Assembly: GCA_951406725.2 (NCBI GenBank)
Contig: OX597838.1
Location: forward strand, 40,672,001 to 40,736,000
Reading direction: 5' to 3'
From: Octopus vulgaris
Taxonomy: Eukaryota
DNA length: 64,000 nucleotides
Shown here piece after piece: positions 25,180 to 41,050 of this stretch. The notes beneath the pieces are model-generated. The model ran no database searches. It saw nothing but the letters and a program-made list of their open reading frames with translations, and was not told the DNA's origin. The stretch's first letter is position 1. Each line of letters opens with the position of its first letter. The translations under genes and the position numbers were made by a program.

Positions 25180-25286
25180 CTGTGCTGCGAATTACTATCC
25201 AAAAAGTAGCAGTCACCAACAAAAACTACTTTATACACAAATATATATCCGCATACGTGTGTATGTAGATAGACAGACAGACAGAC

Positions 25287-25336
<50 letters not shown>

Positions 25337-25339
<3 letters not shown>

Positions 25340-25748
25340 CGCAGGAGTGGCTGTGTGGTAAGTAGCTTGCTAAACAACCACATGGTTCCGGGTTCAGTCC
25401 CACTGTGTGGCATCTTGGGCAAGTGTCTTCTGCTATAGCCCCGGGCCGACCAAAGCCTTGTGAGTGGATTTTGTAGACGGGAACTGAAAGAAGCCTGTCG
25501 TATATATGTATATATATATATATATGCATGTGTGTGTGTTTGTGTGTCTGTGTTTGTCCCTCTAGCCATTGCTTGACAACCGATGCTGGTGTGTTTACGT
25601 CCCCGTCACTTAGCGGTTCGGCAAAAGAGACCGATAGAATAAGTACTGGGCTTACAAAGAATAAGTCCTTGGATCTAGTTGCTCGACTAAAGGCGGTGCT
25701 CCAGCATGGCCGCAGTCAAATGACTGAAACGTGTAAAAGAGTAAAGAG
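25337..25748 (+). mobile_element. SINE family A, full length
   Basis: tRNA-like head ggcgcaggagtggctgtgtggtaag (A-box)...gggttcagtccc (B-box-like), then cttgggcaagtg, a central microsatellite and the tail gactgaaac..aaagag. Confidence 0.92.
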
Positions 25749-26599
25749 TACATGTACACAGAAAGACGAAATACATACACATACACCTATTCACACACAC
25801 ACACATAACCTGTATGTATGGGTTATTTTGCTTTTTCAGGAGAAAATGCAGAATCCTGACTTCTGGCCGGGCCCGGAATGGTTGGTAGAGTGATGTGCTC
25901 GAACCAGAGATCCTGTGCAGCAGATTGAACTAGACTAAAGATTTTCAGTCAACTCAAAACACAAAAACAATTAACACATATCACCCAGCTCGATGCTCCA
26001 CCGCTTCCGATAGACCGTTGCTTTTATAATTGATACTTTATCGAATCTGGAAGCATAAATGACAAAGTCGGCCATTGCAGCACCTGAACGTACATGTCCA
26101 TTCAAGTACATGTGTGCATATATATATATATATATATAGTCACACAGACACAAACACATGCTCACACACACGTATCAACAGGTACATATGTATTGGTGAG
26201 AAGTACATGTGCCCGTGTAGTTATCTCTCTCTCTCTCTCTCCCCATCTCTCACTCTCTCTCTCTCTCTCTCTCTCTCCCTTGTCTTTACGTCACACTGCT
26301 TGTCATCTACTGTTTATTCCTAACTTAGTGTTTCGACAAATCAGAATTGGATAAATGGAGCAAGAGCACACACGAAAAGGAAAAGTGTCGCTGAAGAGGT
26401 CACAGATGTGTGATGAAAGATTTCCGAACAATGTATATGAGTTAAAATAATAAAATAAGATTAGTAATAAACCAGTGAAGAAACAAAATATAGTGCGTGT
26501 GCTTATTTGGCAAAAAAAAAATTACCTTCCCGAAATACAACACTAAGGGTTAGGAAGCAATGTATCAAAGTCATTTATATATGCGTATTTATATATATA

Positions 26600-26678
<79 letters not shown>

Positions 26679-26909
26679 ACTAAAATAAATATTAATGACT
26701 GTCACCTTCCTGCATTCTGTTTGTAGAACATGCGCTGGATCAATTCTTAAACTTTTATTACATTGGTCCCTTTACTTCTTGTTGCACATTTTAAAGGCCC
26801 ACCCCTTTCTAGGATTCATCGCTCGCCTTTTATACATACACGTATTATAAGGCCGAAGTAATTTCGTATCAGTAACTTGTCGGACAAGGTTGACTTGTTA
26901 TACCACAGA

Positions 26910-26931
26910 AACCCTAACCCTAACCCTAACC
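26910..26931. repeat. Short interstitial telomeric repeat (CCCTAA)3
   Basis: aaccctaaccctaaccctaacc. Confidence 0.7.
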
Positions 26932-28065
26932 ATAAGCGAATACTATAAAAACAGGGATTATACATTCGGTTTTGTTTATTTACCTATTCCCATTTTGATG
27001 TATGTATGTTGTTCTTGTTGGTGGAGGGTTGCAACTGGGTCTAACAAGCAGTTTGTGAAAATGTTACATTTAAAATTATCCGAAAGGTTAATATTTCAAT
27101 TAGAATCGCAACTATAAAAAAAAAACTGTGCTGACGCATCTATCGCTCCCCTTGAGCCGGCTTTGTTCTCAGTATCCATGTAAAATTGCTCAACGCCCTC
27201 AAGAGGGCGTAGTGCCTACTTTGTGATGTTCTAGTTGATTGATTGGTTTGTTCTTAATCTGGAAAAATTGTTAAAAAAATTCTTAGATGTGAACTTAGTA
27301 ACATAGTCAACCAAAGCTACTAGATCATAGATTTACAGGCGTAACTTTATGATTTAAAACGGGAAGCTTTAACTGGTCTCTTTTCGAACTCCCAAATGAA
27401 ATATTCATTTCTTCAGTGAGCGAGATAAATAACATGTATTGTATGAAGATTTTCGATTGTTGTTGAAAAGTGCAAACGTTCCCATTGCCCGAAATAAGAT
27501 TTAGTCCCCGACCCCTCACAGTTATCGGGGTTTTTTGGAATCTATGTAGGATATTTGTGCGTCAAGCAGCACCGGCACTGTTCTCTCGACAACAGCTAAT
27601 CCTTCATAGTTAATCCTGTTCTCTAATCCTTCATAGTTACAGCTGTGTTGACCACACATATGAATAGTTTCAATCATTTTTTGATAATTGATTTCCTTGG
27701 TCTTAATGTTTTCACTCTGCTTCAGCGGAGTCTTTGACTCCCCTATGCAAAAGTAAAAATAAGCACAACTTTCAAAATATAAATTTGTGGACCAATCACA
27801 CCGATCGTCTCTTCTTGATGGTAATGTGGTCTGCTTTCATTTTGTTTTCCCCTTCTGTGCTTCTTATAAGCGAGGGGCGGCGGTTGTAAGAGTAAGAATT
27901 TCCCTTTGCAGCCTCGTAGAGGTACGGGTAGATTTCGGTATGTAAATATAACCATTAACGGTAGGAACTTTTATAAAAGTTCAATACATATTTTTGTATA
28001 TAAAACTTCGAACCTCCCAGATTTGTGAATGAATTCGGTAGACGGAAACTGTATGGAAGCCAGTT

Positions 28066-28180
28066 GCTTAGCCACATACCGAAAAATTAGAAATAGCAGT
28101 CAAAGACCGCTGTAGAAAGTAGAAAATAGAAATAAACAGTCTTTGACTGGTATTTCTAATTTTTCGGTATGTGGCTAAGC
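28066..28180. repeat. Small fold-back, MITE-like hairpin next to a SINE A fragment
   Basis: 42-bp arms 28066-28107 and 28139-28180 with one mismatch. Confidence 0.8.
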
Positions 28181-28204
28181 AGCCTGTTGCCCGCCTCTTT
28201 TATT

Positions 28205-28290
<86 letters not shown>

Positions 28291-29309
28291 CGTGCGTGTG
28301 TGTGCGTGCGTGCGTGACCCTGTGTGTGTGTTTGTAAGTGTGCGCGTGTGAATGTGTGTCTGTGTGCCGTGTGTTTCTCACTCTCGTCTCCAAACAACTT
28401 GCTCTCTTCACATTTGTCGGATGATCTATGTTTCTGCTACAGCTGTTTGTTAAGAAGGCGCTTCTTGAGAGAGACCACGTGCCAGTGAAAGGAAACCTGG
28501 ACAGATATCAAGGTTCTTGCTTTGAAATAGAGTCTGCCGGCCTAGATCAATATTTCAGAAGAAACTGTCAGCTGAGGCCAGTATTTTGACTGTTTATCGT
28601 CAAATTTATAATCAATTAAACGTATTTGATTTTCTAGTGCAGTGAAATATGTCTTACATCGGTAGGAGTAGTACAGACAGACAGACAGACAGATGAACTG
28701 TGGAGTAAATTTCCCATACTGTGATAAGGCCATAACGCTTTCAAACTCTCCCAGAATGGCGAAATTGATTTGTTGAATGTTTAAAAACTAACGAACGTGT
28801 AGGAAGCTTCTGGGTGGTCGTTTGGGCTGCTAACATAACAGTCAGGTTTCTCTTGAACCACAGTCTGTTGTGTCGTAAATGATGGACACCTAGGATGCAG
28901 TCTAGAATACGGTAGACGGAATTGTCTGTTTTTGTACAGTGTAACACCTATGATCATAGCTCTGTTCGAATGAACTTGACCTTGGGTTAAACTAATTTTA
29001 CTACTCCTGCTACTACTGCGTCTACTACTACCACCACCACTACTGTTACTACAAGCAGATTCAGAGAGACAGATACTATTTTAGCAGCGCCTGGTTGCTT
29101 CTGCGGGTGGGGAACTGGCCAATTTCTTGGAATCGATGTAGGAGATTAGTGCGTCTAGCAGTATCGGTCCTGTCCAAGTTTTATCAGCAATGTCCAGTGC
29201 TACATGGTGATAACACTGTAGAAACAGTTATTCAGAAACTTATTCAGAACCGTGTTGTCATAGTAGTGACGCAATGTTGTCTGTGCTAAAGGCATAAGGA
29301 CTAAAATAT

Positions 29310-29485
29310 TAAAGGGGTGGGGTGCTTATTGATGTAATCGACCTTAGTGATTGACTGCTATTTAATTTATCGATTCCGAAAGAATGAAAGGCAAAGTCGG
29401 CCACGGCAGAATTTGAACTCGCAACGTAAAGAATGGCGAAGTGCTGCTAAGCATTTTGTCCGGCGTGCTAACGATTCTGCCAGCT
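29310..29485 (-). mobile_element. SINE family B, diverged
   Basis: gaatgaaaggcaaagtcgg...gaatttgaactc...gctaacgattctgccagct. Confidence 0.75.
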
Positions 29486-29732
29486 GTTGTGGAATATTAA
29501 CAGAAAGAGTAATGCAGACCAACACCAAAGCCGAGATGGTGGACAAGATGAGGGAGGCGTTCGAAGACCTTCCCGGGGACACAGTTGAGGCTGCGCGGGA
29601 AGGTTCTTTGACAAAGCTCTTATCTCCCACTTTGTGGGAGTTTTTGATTTTTTTTTTTTAATAATTTTTGGATGGGATATTATGCTTTGCTTCCCATTTA
29701 TAAAAAACTCTCGTATTTAGTCCGAATGCCTG
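29485..29732 (+). mobile_element. Possible Tc1/mariner transposase C-terminal relic
   Basis: NTKAEMVDKMREAFEDLPGDTV resembles the C-terminal helices of Tc1/mariner transposases; no catalytic motif seen. Confidence 0.4.
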
Positions 29733-29868
29733 AACAATGAATGGATCTGAACCCACAGTCCCAGTCACTGCAACACAAGGATAAAGATTCTAAAGAAACA
29801 TTCGATATTTGTTCATATTACGATTCTTCAGTTTGTTCATCTGTCACAGACCGTCCTTCACAACTTTT

Positions 29869-29921
<53 letters not shown>

Positions 29922-30905
29922 GTATGTATATAGATGCATGTATGTATGCTTGAATATATGCACACAGATGCATATATTTTCATTCTTTTTTAACGCCATT
30001 GTTAGAAACAGTTAACATCGACCATTGCTGAAAATAATAAATCTGATATTTTAAAAAAGTCCTTGTCAAAATCAAACAAAAACAGGAATTTTCATTCATA
30101 AATTTCTTTTAAGAAAATTTGCAGAGAAATATTTCTTTTGTATTCTTACTTTCCAAAATAAGCTAATTTTTTTTTAATAAGATGTTTCACATCCGTCTGC
30201 TTATCTGTCCATTTATCTTTCTGTCCGTCGAACTCTCAGTCAATTTATCTATTTTCCAGTCTGTGTATCTGTCAGCTTCTTCGTCTGTTTTCTTTTCCTC
30301 TCTCTCTTTTACTCTTTTACTTGTTTCAGTCATTTGACTGCGGCCATGCTGGAGCACCGCCTTTAATCCTCGAGTTTTAACCATCTTCCTAACACACAAA
30401 TAATCCAAGTACGTTGGTGCTTTCTCTCCATCTTAGTCCCTTCTCTCCCATCATTTCAGAAAGGTAATTGAATGATTCATTTTCAACAGCCATTTTCAAG
30501 AAATCACAAAAGGGGAGTAAAATTACTGATGCTGACCTCCAGAACAGAGTGTGTTGATTCCTTGCAACCTGCAATCGACTTGCAATCTTTGGATAGAAAT
30601 CTACCGTTCAGTTTAAGAAAGCGTCAATTCTCTGGCAGACCAGCAAACGTCATATCAATAAAGGAAGTTTAAGGGCAAACCTTACCAAATTTCGGTATAT
30701 CTACCTCCACTGCATTATTCATGCAAAGTCATTTGTAATGTGCGCTCAGTAAAAATAGGGACCCCACAGACAAAGCTTTTTAGCGCCTCAAGAGAATGTC
30801 TCCGGTGCCACAATTATGAAAATATTACATTCAAGAAAAGTTGTTTTTTCTGCATAGATGTTGTCTGAATATTAAGATTTCCTGTTTGAGGAATAAAATA
30901 TATAT

Positions 30906-31368
30906 ATAGTGGTTGTATACAGTCAACTCAACGTTAGCCCTAGGAAATATCGACGTTTCCTGTGTCCTTATATTTGCAAAGGGGAGACAATCACCCCCGC
31001 CAGCTGGGACTAAGCACCTGAAGACATATGTTTCTGGGTGTATTGCTCGTCATCAGTCCAGGGTAGTAAGCCTCGCTCGCTGAGATGACCGCAATCTCTC
31101 AGCAAATATATCCTATTTTCAGTAAAATTTATTTACTGATCATCAAAATTAGAAATGTTGAATTTCTAAATGTCTCAGAGAGACATGAGCGGTGGTGGAG
31201 CGATATAGTGGTTGTATACTGTCAACTCAACGTGATAGTCCCGTAAGGGAATTACATCACCGCCATTTAGCCCTAGGAAACATCGATGTTTCCTGTCGGC
31301 TTTGACACATTTTCTGTGTCCTTTTCTTTGCAAAAGGGAGGCAATCAGGCAATCACCCCCTCCAGCTG

Positions 31369-31370
<2 letters not shown>
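30906..31370 (-). mobile_element. Partial tandem (about 1.3 units) non-coding hammerhead repeat, retrozyme/pLTR-like
   Basis: 30906-31008 recurs directly at 31205-31370 with indels. One hammerhead lies between the copies and both ends touch (TA)n. Confidence 0.7.
31017..31062 (-). ncRNA. Type I hammerhead ribozyme
   Basis: CCTGGA-CTGATGA-cgagcaatacaccca-GAAA-CATATG-TC-TTCAGG: 6-bp stem I, palindromic stem III, GUC triplet; stem II is weak. Confidence 0.75.
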
Positions 31371-31426
<56 letters not shown>

Positions 31427-32308
31427 CATACACGTATGTGTGTGTCCCACCACTGGTGGTTTTAACAGAAGTTAGGAGCAGACTGAAAGGGCTGAATACA
31501 GACCCCTTCCTCTCAGGCTGAGCCCTCATGAATTTTTTCAAGTTACATTTGAAAGGAGAATTCAAGATGGAGGCAGAAGTGCCGTTTTACTAAAAGGCAA
31601 GCATGGTCTGAGTGAATAGAATAGGTCTACTCGGAGCATGCACTTATAGACTGGACGAGAATGGCTGACAGATGGCCTTAGTGCTCATGATTTTCTGGAG
31701 TTTCCACCTGTGGCCCTTGGAGGTTTCCCCACTTGGGGGAAATTATTCCTCGAATTTTAAAATATTTTTACCTCTCTTTCTCTTAATTTAATCTTTTACT
31801 TCTTTCAGTCATTAGACTGTGGCCATACTGGAGTGCTGACTTGAATAATTTTTAGTCGATCTCAGGACATTTCTTTGAGCCTGGCACGTATTCTATCAGT
31901 CTCCTTTGCCGAATTGCTAATTTACAGCGACATAAACACACCAGCACCGGTTGTCAATCGATGGCGGGACAAAGACACACACGCGTGTGTGCGCGCGCTC
32001 GTGTGTGGTGAAACTTCGGAGTATAGAATTAACTGATATTTTAATTTTTTCAAAGTGTCCTGCTCGTTTACAAAGTGCTCTAAATAAGAATGTTCTTTCT
32101 TGGTTTGGCAATTTGACTGCACATTTTAGCATGTAAGAAGACCACATTGTGGTCTTCTCTCCGTGTATAGATTTTATGCACTCATATATATTGTTCATAT
32201 ATTTTGTAAACATATATGTATATATATATATATATATATGTTCTTTCAATCCACTCAAAGGCTTTCGTCGGCCCGACGCTATAGCAGAAAACACTTGGCT
32301 AACGTTCC

Positions 32309-33791
<1,483 letters not shown>

Positions 33792-34187
33792 ACACAATTA
33801 CCACTACCAACACTGCTTCTGCTACCACCACTGATAAGAATAATGACTTGTATTGGCCGCAAGGGCCCAGGACAGGGGTCAATAACAAAGGACGAGTTAT
33901 TACACGCAAAAGCGAAAACATTAAAACAAAAAAACACAAAAATTGTTACTACAACAGCACTACTACTAATAACAACACTATTGATACTATTACTAACACT
34001 GCTGCTATTACTACAGCTGTTACCACTACTACTACACCGACCACACAAATAATGAGGGGAGAAGGAGGAGACGGCGGAGATGGACGAGTGTAACGCTGTT
34101 GGTGATGATGATGATATTAGTTATGATGATGAGGATAAAGACGACGAAGATAACAATAATCCTTCTACTATAGGCACAAGGCCCGAA

Positions 34188-34188
<1 letters not shown>

Positions 34189-34262
<74 letters not shown>

Positions 34263-34268
34263 AGGGTT

Positions 34269-34307
<39 letters not shown>

Positions 34308-34460
34308 AGGGTTGTAGTAGTAGTAGTAGTAGTAGTAGTAAGGGTTGTAGTAGTAAGGGTTGTAGTAGTAGTAGTAGTAGTAGTAAGGGTTGTAATAGCA
34401 AGGGTTGTAGTAGTAGTAATAGTAGTAGTAGTAGTAGTAAGAGTTGTAGTAGTAAGGGTT

Positions 34461-34499
<39 letters not shown>

Positions 34500-34535
34500 A
34501 GCGTTGTAGTAGTAGTAGTAGTAGTAGTAAGGGTT

Positions 34536-34628
<93 letters not shown>

Positions 34629-34634
34629 AGGGTT

Positions 34635-34672
<38 letters not shown>
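34189..34672. repeat. (TAA)n/(TAG)n compound microsatellite punctuated by AAGGGTT
   Basis: About 10 gtaagggttgta-type interruptions in the (GTA)n tract. Confidence 0.9.
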
Positions 34673-35354
34673 TGACGACACGCAGCGCCCTCATTCCCAG
34701 GAACTTTCCGTCCAATGTATATTGGTGCCTTACTTAGGTCTCGAGTTGAAAGTCGGTAGAAAGATGCAAATCAATCGGAAAATAATAATTTCCAACAGCT
34801 GGAGAGTGAGGAGCCATGACATTGGCAAATTCCCTAAAGCATGGTTGTTTGAATAGAATCGATTGTGATAATTGGTTGAAAAAGAACAAAAGAGAAAGAT
34901 ATGAAACTTCACGATTAATGGAACAAGAGCCTAGAGTAAAAAGAAGATAAAAAATTAGAAATTTCAATGATTCAAGCCCCGGGATTGATCTTGACGCCAC
35001 TAGAAATTACTCTCGTTTTAGTTCTGTTCTCCGTTACTGTGATGTGGAGAGGTTCATTCCACTTTTATCCAGCTTCTATTAAGTTTATTTAGGTATCGCC
35101 TCCTTTGACACCCTAACGTTCCTCGCCATGTCAGTCTTCCATAATGTCGGTAACAGTTCATCAAGATCGCCCCAGTCATTCGGTTTCCTGGTATTCTGTT
35201 TAGCATAAGAGCACACGTTATTTGAACAGCTCAGTTAAAGATGAAAAGCAGAGTAGAGAGTCAGCTTTGATATAATAAATAGACATCTATCCAATATATT
35301 CAATGTATTGAGTTCTGTACCAGATAATGTTTGCACCATACAAAATACATTCAT

Positions 35355-35730
35355 TTCTACTCTAGGTACAAGGCTCGAAATTTGTGGGGAGGGGGCCAGT
35401 CGATTAGATCGACCCCAGCACGCAACTGGTACTTAATTTATTGACCCCGAAAGGATGAAAGGCATTTGAACTCAGAATGTGAAGACGGACGAAATAGCTA
35501 TTTCTTTATTGCCCACAAGGGGCTAAACACAGAGAGGACAAACAAGGACAGACAAACGGATTAAGTCGATTATATCGACTCCAGTGCGTAACTGGTGCTT
35601 AATTTATCGCCCCCCGAAAGGATGAAAGGCAAAGTCGACCACAGCGGAATTTGAACTCAGAACGCAGCGGCAGACGTAATACCACAAAGCATTTCGCCCG
35701 GCGTGCTAACGCTTCTGCCAGCTCGCCGCC
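35355..35730 (-). mobile_element. SINE family B dimer/composite
   Basis: Two ccccgaaaggatgaaaggc modules with different tails; the head ends at ccagctcgccgcc. Confidence 0.85.
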
Positions 35731-35798
35731 TTTCCATACAAAATATATTATTGATATACTCAACTTCTCTTACATTAAATATATATATATATATTTTA

Positions 35799-35930
<132 letters not shown>

Positions 35931-36269
35931 GCACACGAGAAATAGATATTTCATAAATAAAATGAAAATATTTTTTGTGTAAAAAAACTTTTGGCAATCG
36001 ACTTACATAAAAGATAGAAATAAAATTCTGTTTCGATCAATAAAAGATAGTTTACATGGAAAGACACTCGGAAATAAAAGCTGGCTACATTTTAAATATC
36101 ATATATACATTGAAATATATATATATATGTGTGTGCGGACGTGTATGTATATATATGCACGCGTGTGTGTTTGCGTATGTCTGTCTGTCTGTCCGTCCGT
36201 CCATCTGTGTCAATATTATCCAAGGATTCAAGTGTAGGCAATTTGTATGCTTCGAACACTTGGCGGTTA

Positions 36270-37260
36270 CGAGTGTGGGCTGAAAATTTCTCAGGCTGAC
36301 TACGAAGGAGTGATGTTAGAGCTGGGAAATCTTGCATACATTAATTTCAGCCCTTCTTAATAACTGCATTTTCTTTTTCTTCGGGTAAACTGATATCTGA
36401 CTGTTCAAAGAAGACTTCAAAAGTAACCAGTTGTGACTTCTCTTGAAAATGGACAAAAATTGACACCGTGGTGTTATCAAGTACCTGCGGAAAAAAAGGC
36501 TTTAACCTGAAGGGCTTTCATGCTGATATGGTTACTACATTAAGAGATGATGCTTCAATTTTATCCACAGTGCAAAACCGAGGTGCTGCACTTAGGCCAT
36601 CTTCAAAACTCTTCTTTCCTTTCCAATTGCTCACCACATCGTGATGGCTGTCAGGCAATTGACAATAATTCAAACAACCAATGTTATTAGCATATTCCAT
36701 GAGAGAGTTGAGGATATTTTTCACAATTAACTTGGCATGACGATGGTTTCTGGTTCGGTTGGTGCCACGTCTTCTGAGACCTGATCAGCAACAAACCAGG
36801 CTGGTCACATTACGGGGAAATCTGACAGCGTTTGAGGCAGATCCAGCTGGTTTCCATGAATGCTTCGTAACCCAGGATGAGAGTTGGATTCATAACTTTG
36901 AACTAGAGACAAAGAAATAATCCATACAGAGGAAACACCCCTCCTCACCTGCTCCAAATAAGGCCAAGGTATTTTCATCTGCAGGGAAGGTGATGGCCTC
37001 AAATTTTAGGCCTGTAGAAAGCATTGCGTTTATTGCCTATCTTCAGAAGGACCACAGCATCAGTGGAAAGTATTATGTCAATTTGATGAGACAGTTACAA
37101 AAGGTTATCAAGACCAAACGCTGAGGAAAAGTGATGAAAGGGAACTTGCTACAACAGGACAATGTTCCAGTATACAAGTCCTTGGTTTCAATGGCTGCTG
37201 TGCGTGACTGGCTTTGAACTCGTTGATCACCATCCATATTCTCTTGATTTGGCCTCATCG
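36270..37260 (+). mobile_element. Mariner transposon relic (5' TIR plus decayed transposase, 3'-truncated)
   Basis: TA then cgagtgtgggctgaaaa. ATG at 36449 begins MDK..GVIKYL; later LVPRLL, FVTQDESWIH, SSAGKVMAS, QQDNVP and HHPYSLDLAS (YSPDLAP motif). Multiple stops and frameshifts. Confidence 0.9.
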
Positions 37261-38236
37261 CTATACAACGCACTGTCAGCAAACTAATGCTGCTAAAAAT
37301 GCAAATAAAATTCCAAATTTAAAGGAGTGGAACAGGTAAAACGTAATCTACAGATTTGTTAATTAGCTGAAGCTTATTATGTAATTGTTGCGCAACTAAG
37401 CGTAACTAGTCATCAAGTAAAGTTTCCATTGCCGCACGGAATTCCCACAAGTCGGTCACAACGCAATGGTGAGTCCAAATAAATAGAAAAATCAACAAGA
37501 AAGACAAAAAACAAGAAATAAGAATAAAGTGACACCCAAAAATATGCATAGAGTTGGTGTGGTTTAAAGTCAAAGAGGAGGAAGTAAAGGAGAAAGAGAA
37601 AGAAAATAGGGAGAAAAAGATGGGGAAAGGTGAGGTGAGGAGTGGGGCAGTAAACTCCTTATCAAGAAATGCTGACGACAGACTGCGAGAATGTTGTCGT
37701 CAGAATTTAAATGAGTAAATGAATACGGGGTCGTGGTCGGGGTCGTTGAGTCGCAAAGAACAAAGGAGACCAGTACACATGCACAGGTATATGCATCCAC
37801 ACACATCCACGCGCACACATACGTGATAATCCACACACACATATACACGCATACACGCCTATACACACGCATGTATTTGTGTCTAAGGGTACTTACATTC
37901 AAAAACGTATGCAACACACAGGTGTGAACATAGATAAACAAATATACACCCATATACATACATACATATATATACATATATATATATTGTTGTGATCCCC
38001 TTCGGTCATGAATAACCATGAGATTACACCTAGAAAGTTACTCTCCGAGGCACAAGTCTGGGCAAGGTTATTTATGGAAGACCAGCAGTCGCCCACGCAC
38101 ACCAGCCTCCACGACGAACATGGCGTGCTTTATAAATTAACCGATTTAAAGTATCGTAAACGCATGAAACTATTGGTAGCCGTTACCTAATGTGTATCAT
38201 TAAATGGATATTCATCTCTTACTGGAAGGAGTAGTT

Positions 38237-38335
<99 letters not shown>

Positions 38336-38487
38336 CATATATATATATGGCAAATGAAAGAGGGAAAATGGAATATACGAGAATTTGACATATACATAAC
38401 GATCAATGTGAAAGTGACCGTGCTTTACCAGTAAGCTACTAGGTGTAAGCCAATCGTTTTATTCATTATAATATATATATATATACT

Positions 38488-38890
38488 ATTTTTACTCTTT
38501 TACTTGTTTCAGTCATTTGACTGCGGTCATGCTGGAGCACCACCTTTAGTCGAGCAAATCGACCCCGGGACTTATTCTTTGTAAGCCCAGTACTTATTCT
38601 ATCGGTCTCTTTTGCCGAACCGCTAATTGACGGGGACGTAAACACACCAGCATCGGTTGTCAAGCAATGCTAGGGGGACAAACACAGACACACAAACACA
38701 CACATACATATATATATATACATATATACGACAGGCTTCTTTCAGTTTCTGTCTAGCAAATCCATTCACAAGGCTTTGGTCGGCCCGGGGCTATAGCAGA
38801 AGACACTTGCCCAAGATGCCACGCAGTGGGACTGAACCCGGAACCATGTGGTTGGTTAGAAGCTACTTACCACACAGCCACTCCTGCGCC
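38488..38890 (-). mobile_element. SINE family A, full length
   Basis: Closely matches 13790-14187. Confidence 0.9.
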
Positions 38891-39122
38891 ATATATATAT
38901 ATATATATATCATGAATATACATATATGTACAAACACACTCACACATATTATGTATGTATATATATATATATATAAAAAGCAATAAAGATTCAAGTCAAT
39001 TTAAATGAATTTACTTGAATATGGTACCTAACTTAGATGCACCAAAAAAAACTATACTGATTTAACAATACAGTAATGTGGGGTGATTATAAGCGAGAAT
39101 GAAGCAACAAGAATGGATAGGT

Positions 39123-39213
39123 TTTTAGTACAATCGTTTCATACAAGGACAGGTTTTATTAAAAGTTGCAAAAATTACAGCATATAAACGTGTCCCGTAC
39201 TCATCAGCTAAAA
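39123..39213 (-). ncRNA. Type I hammerhead ribozyme
   Basis: Reverse complement of 40960-41050. Confidence 0.88.
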
Positions 39214-40959
39214 TACATGTGAGTTCTCTAGACATCCTAGTGGTTGAGGCTATACTCATGAAGTAATGTAGATAATTAAGTAACATAAACAGATTTCAAA
39301 AGTTCATTAAAGTTCTTTAAAGATGATGTACAGTCTTATCACAGAATTTTAAAAAAAGTCTTAATAGCATCACAGAGAAGGTGACCCAATCCATAGTGCA
39401 CATATGAATTTCCAGAGATATGATGAGGGATTACATACTCACAGAAGGCAAATTTATCCATTGTTAATTACAACGAGGTGGGTTTCAATTCCTGCTTATT
39501 AGCATTACAGAGAGGGTGAATTAATCCTTTGTATAGATGCACAATTTCCAATGGTGTAGGTGTAAATTTCCAAGGAATTTCATATTCACAGGCGATAAAT
39601 TTATCAATGGTTGAACACAATGAGGTAGGTATCAATTCTTGCTATATGATTAGGTATTTGCCACATTAATCACATTACTGCTATTTACAAGAGGCTGTAG
39701 CTATTTAACTTTTAAAGGCTGAAGGGCTTACTAGAGCTGTATAGAATAGAAAAGGGAAGGGCATAGAAGAAAAGAGAGAAAATAAAAGAGAGAAAATAAA
39801 AGAGGAGGGAGTAAAAAGGGGGGGGAAAGGGGGACTCAAAGAGAAGAGAAAAGGAAAAAGAGAATAAGAAGAAGAAAAAGAAAAAAGAGAAAAGAGAAAG
39901 AAATAGGGAAGGAAGGGAAAAAAAGAAAAAGAAGAAAAAAGAAAAAAAGAAAAAGAAGAAAGAAGAAAGAAAAAGAAAAAAAGGGTTCTAGTTATACAGA
40001 AGAATTAGTAGACGACAAGTCTGGTTTTAGTTTACAGGCATCTAGGAATTAGAGGAGAATATTATTCTTTGACCAGTTAAAACAGTTAATTTATTGCTGT
40101 TGAAATCAGCTATGAATTTAAAGAGAATCTAAAGAGATAACACAGTTAGGGGTTTCGGGGTCAGATGCTAAAATCACCAGAAAATACATTAGGGAAAACT
40201 AGGTATAATCTTATCAAAAAGTCATCAAAATTTACTTATTTAATTTATTCATTTTATTGTCTTAAGGAGTTGCCGTTATTATTCATACATTGACGGACTA
40301 CAGGTCAAATCTTAGAAGATCATTTAAGAGGTGTTAGGGGATTGTCTATCATAATGAAGATAATCATATTATCACCGAGGGAATAGTCTCATTTATTTAA
40401 TTTTGAAATAGAATTATGGGTCTATAGTAACCCAATTTAATTAATTAGAGTTATGCTAATTAAATTAGATTAAGTTAGGAACTAAAATTAAAAATTACAA
40501 TTAAGATTTAAAATTAAGAATTTAAAAATTTAAAAATTGTGAGTTTGAAATTAAATAAAGCCTCAATTAAGCAGCGAATAAGTGCTATTCATTTCCCTGT
40601 TCTCAAAAAACTGATGCAGATATAGGAAAAAGATAACTGTAGTGTGAGAACTCTTAGTTATCTACTTAATGCTAATAAGCAGGAATTGAAACCCACCTCG
40701 TTGTAATTAACAATGGATAAATTTGCCTTCTGTGAGTATGTAATCCCTCATCATATCTCTGGAAATTCATATGTGCACTATGGATTGGGTCACCTTCTCT
40801 GTGATGCTATTAAGACTTTTTTAAAATTCTGTGATAAGACTGTACATCATCTTTAAAGAACTTTAATGAACTTTTGAAATCTGTTTATGTTACTTAATTA
40901 TCTACATTACTTCATGAGTATAGCCTCAACCACTAGGATGTCTAGAGAACTCACATGTA

Positions 40960-41050
40960 TTTTAGCTGATGAGTACGGGACACGTTTATATGCTGTAATT
41001 TTTGCAACTTTTAATAAAACCTGTCCTTGTATGAAACGATTGTACTAAAA
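40960..41050 (+). ncRNA. Type I hammerhead ribozyme
   Basis: TTTTAG-CTGATGA-GTACGGGACA...TGTCCTTGTAT-GAAA-CGATTG-TA-CTAAAA. Confidence 0.9.

Noticed and set aside
25840-25890. Possible host micro-exons after polypyrimidine-CAG (also about 58044-58110)
   Set aside because: Donor sites are weak and the peptides are unrecognisable; cannot be supported without RNA-seq.
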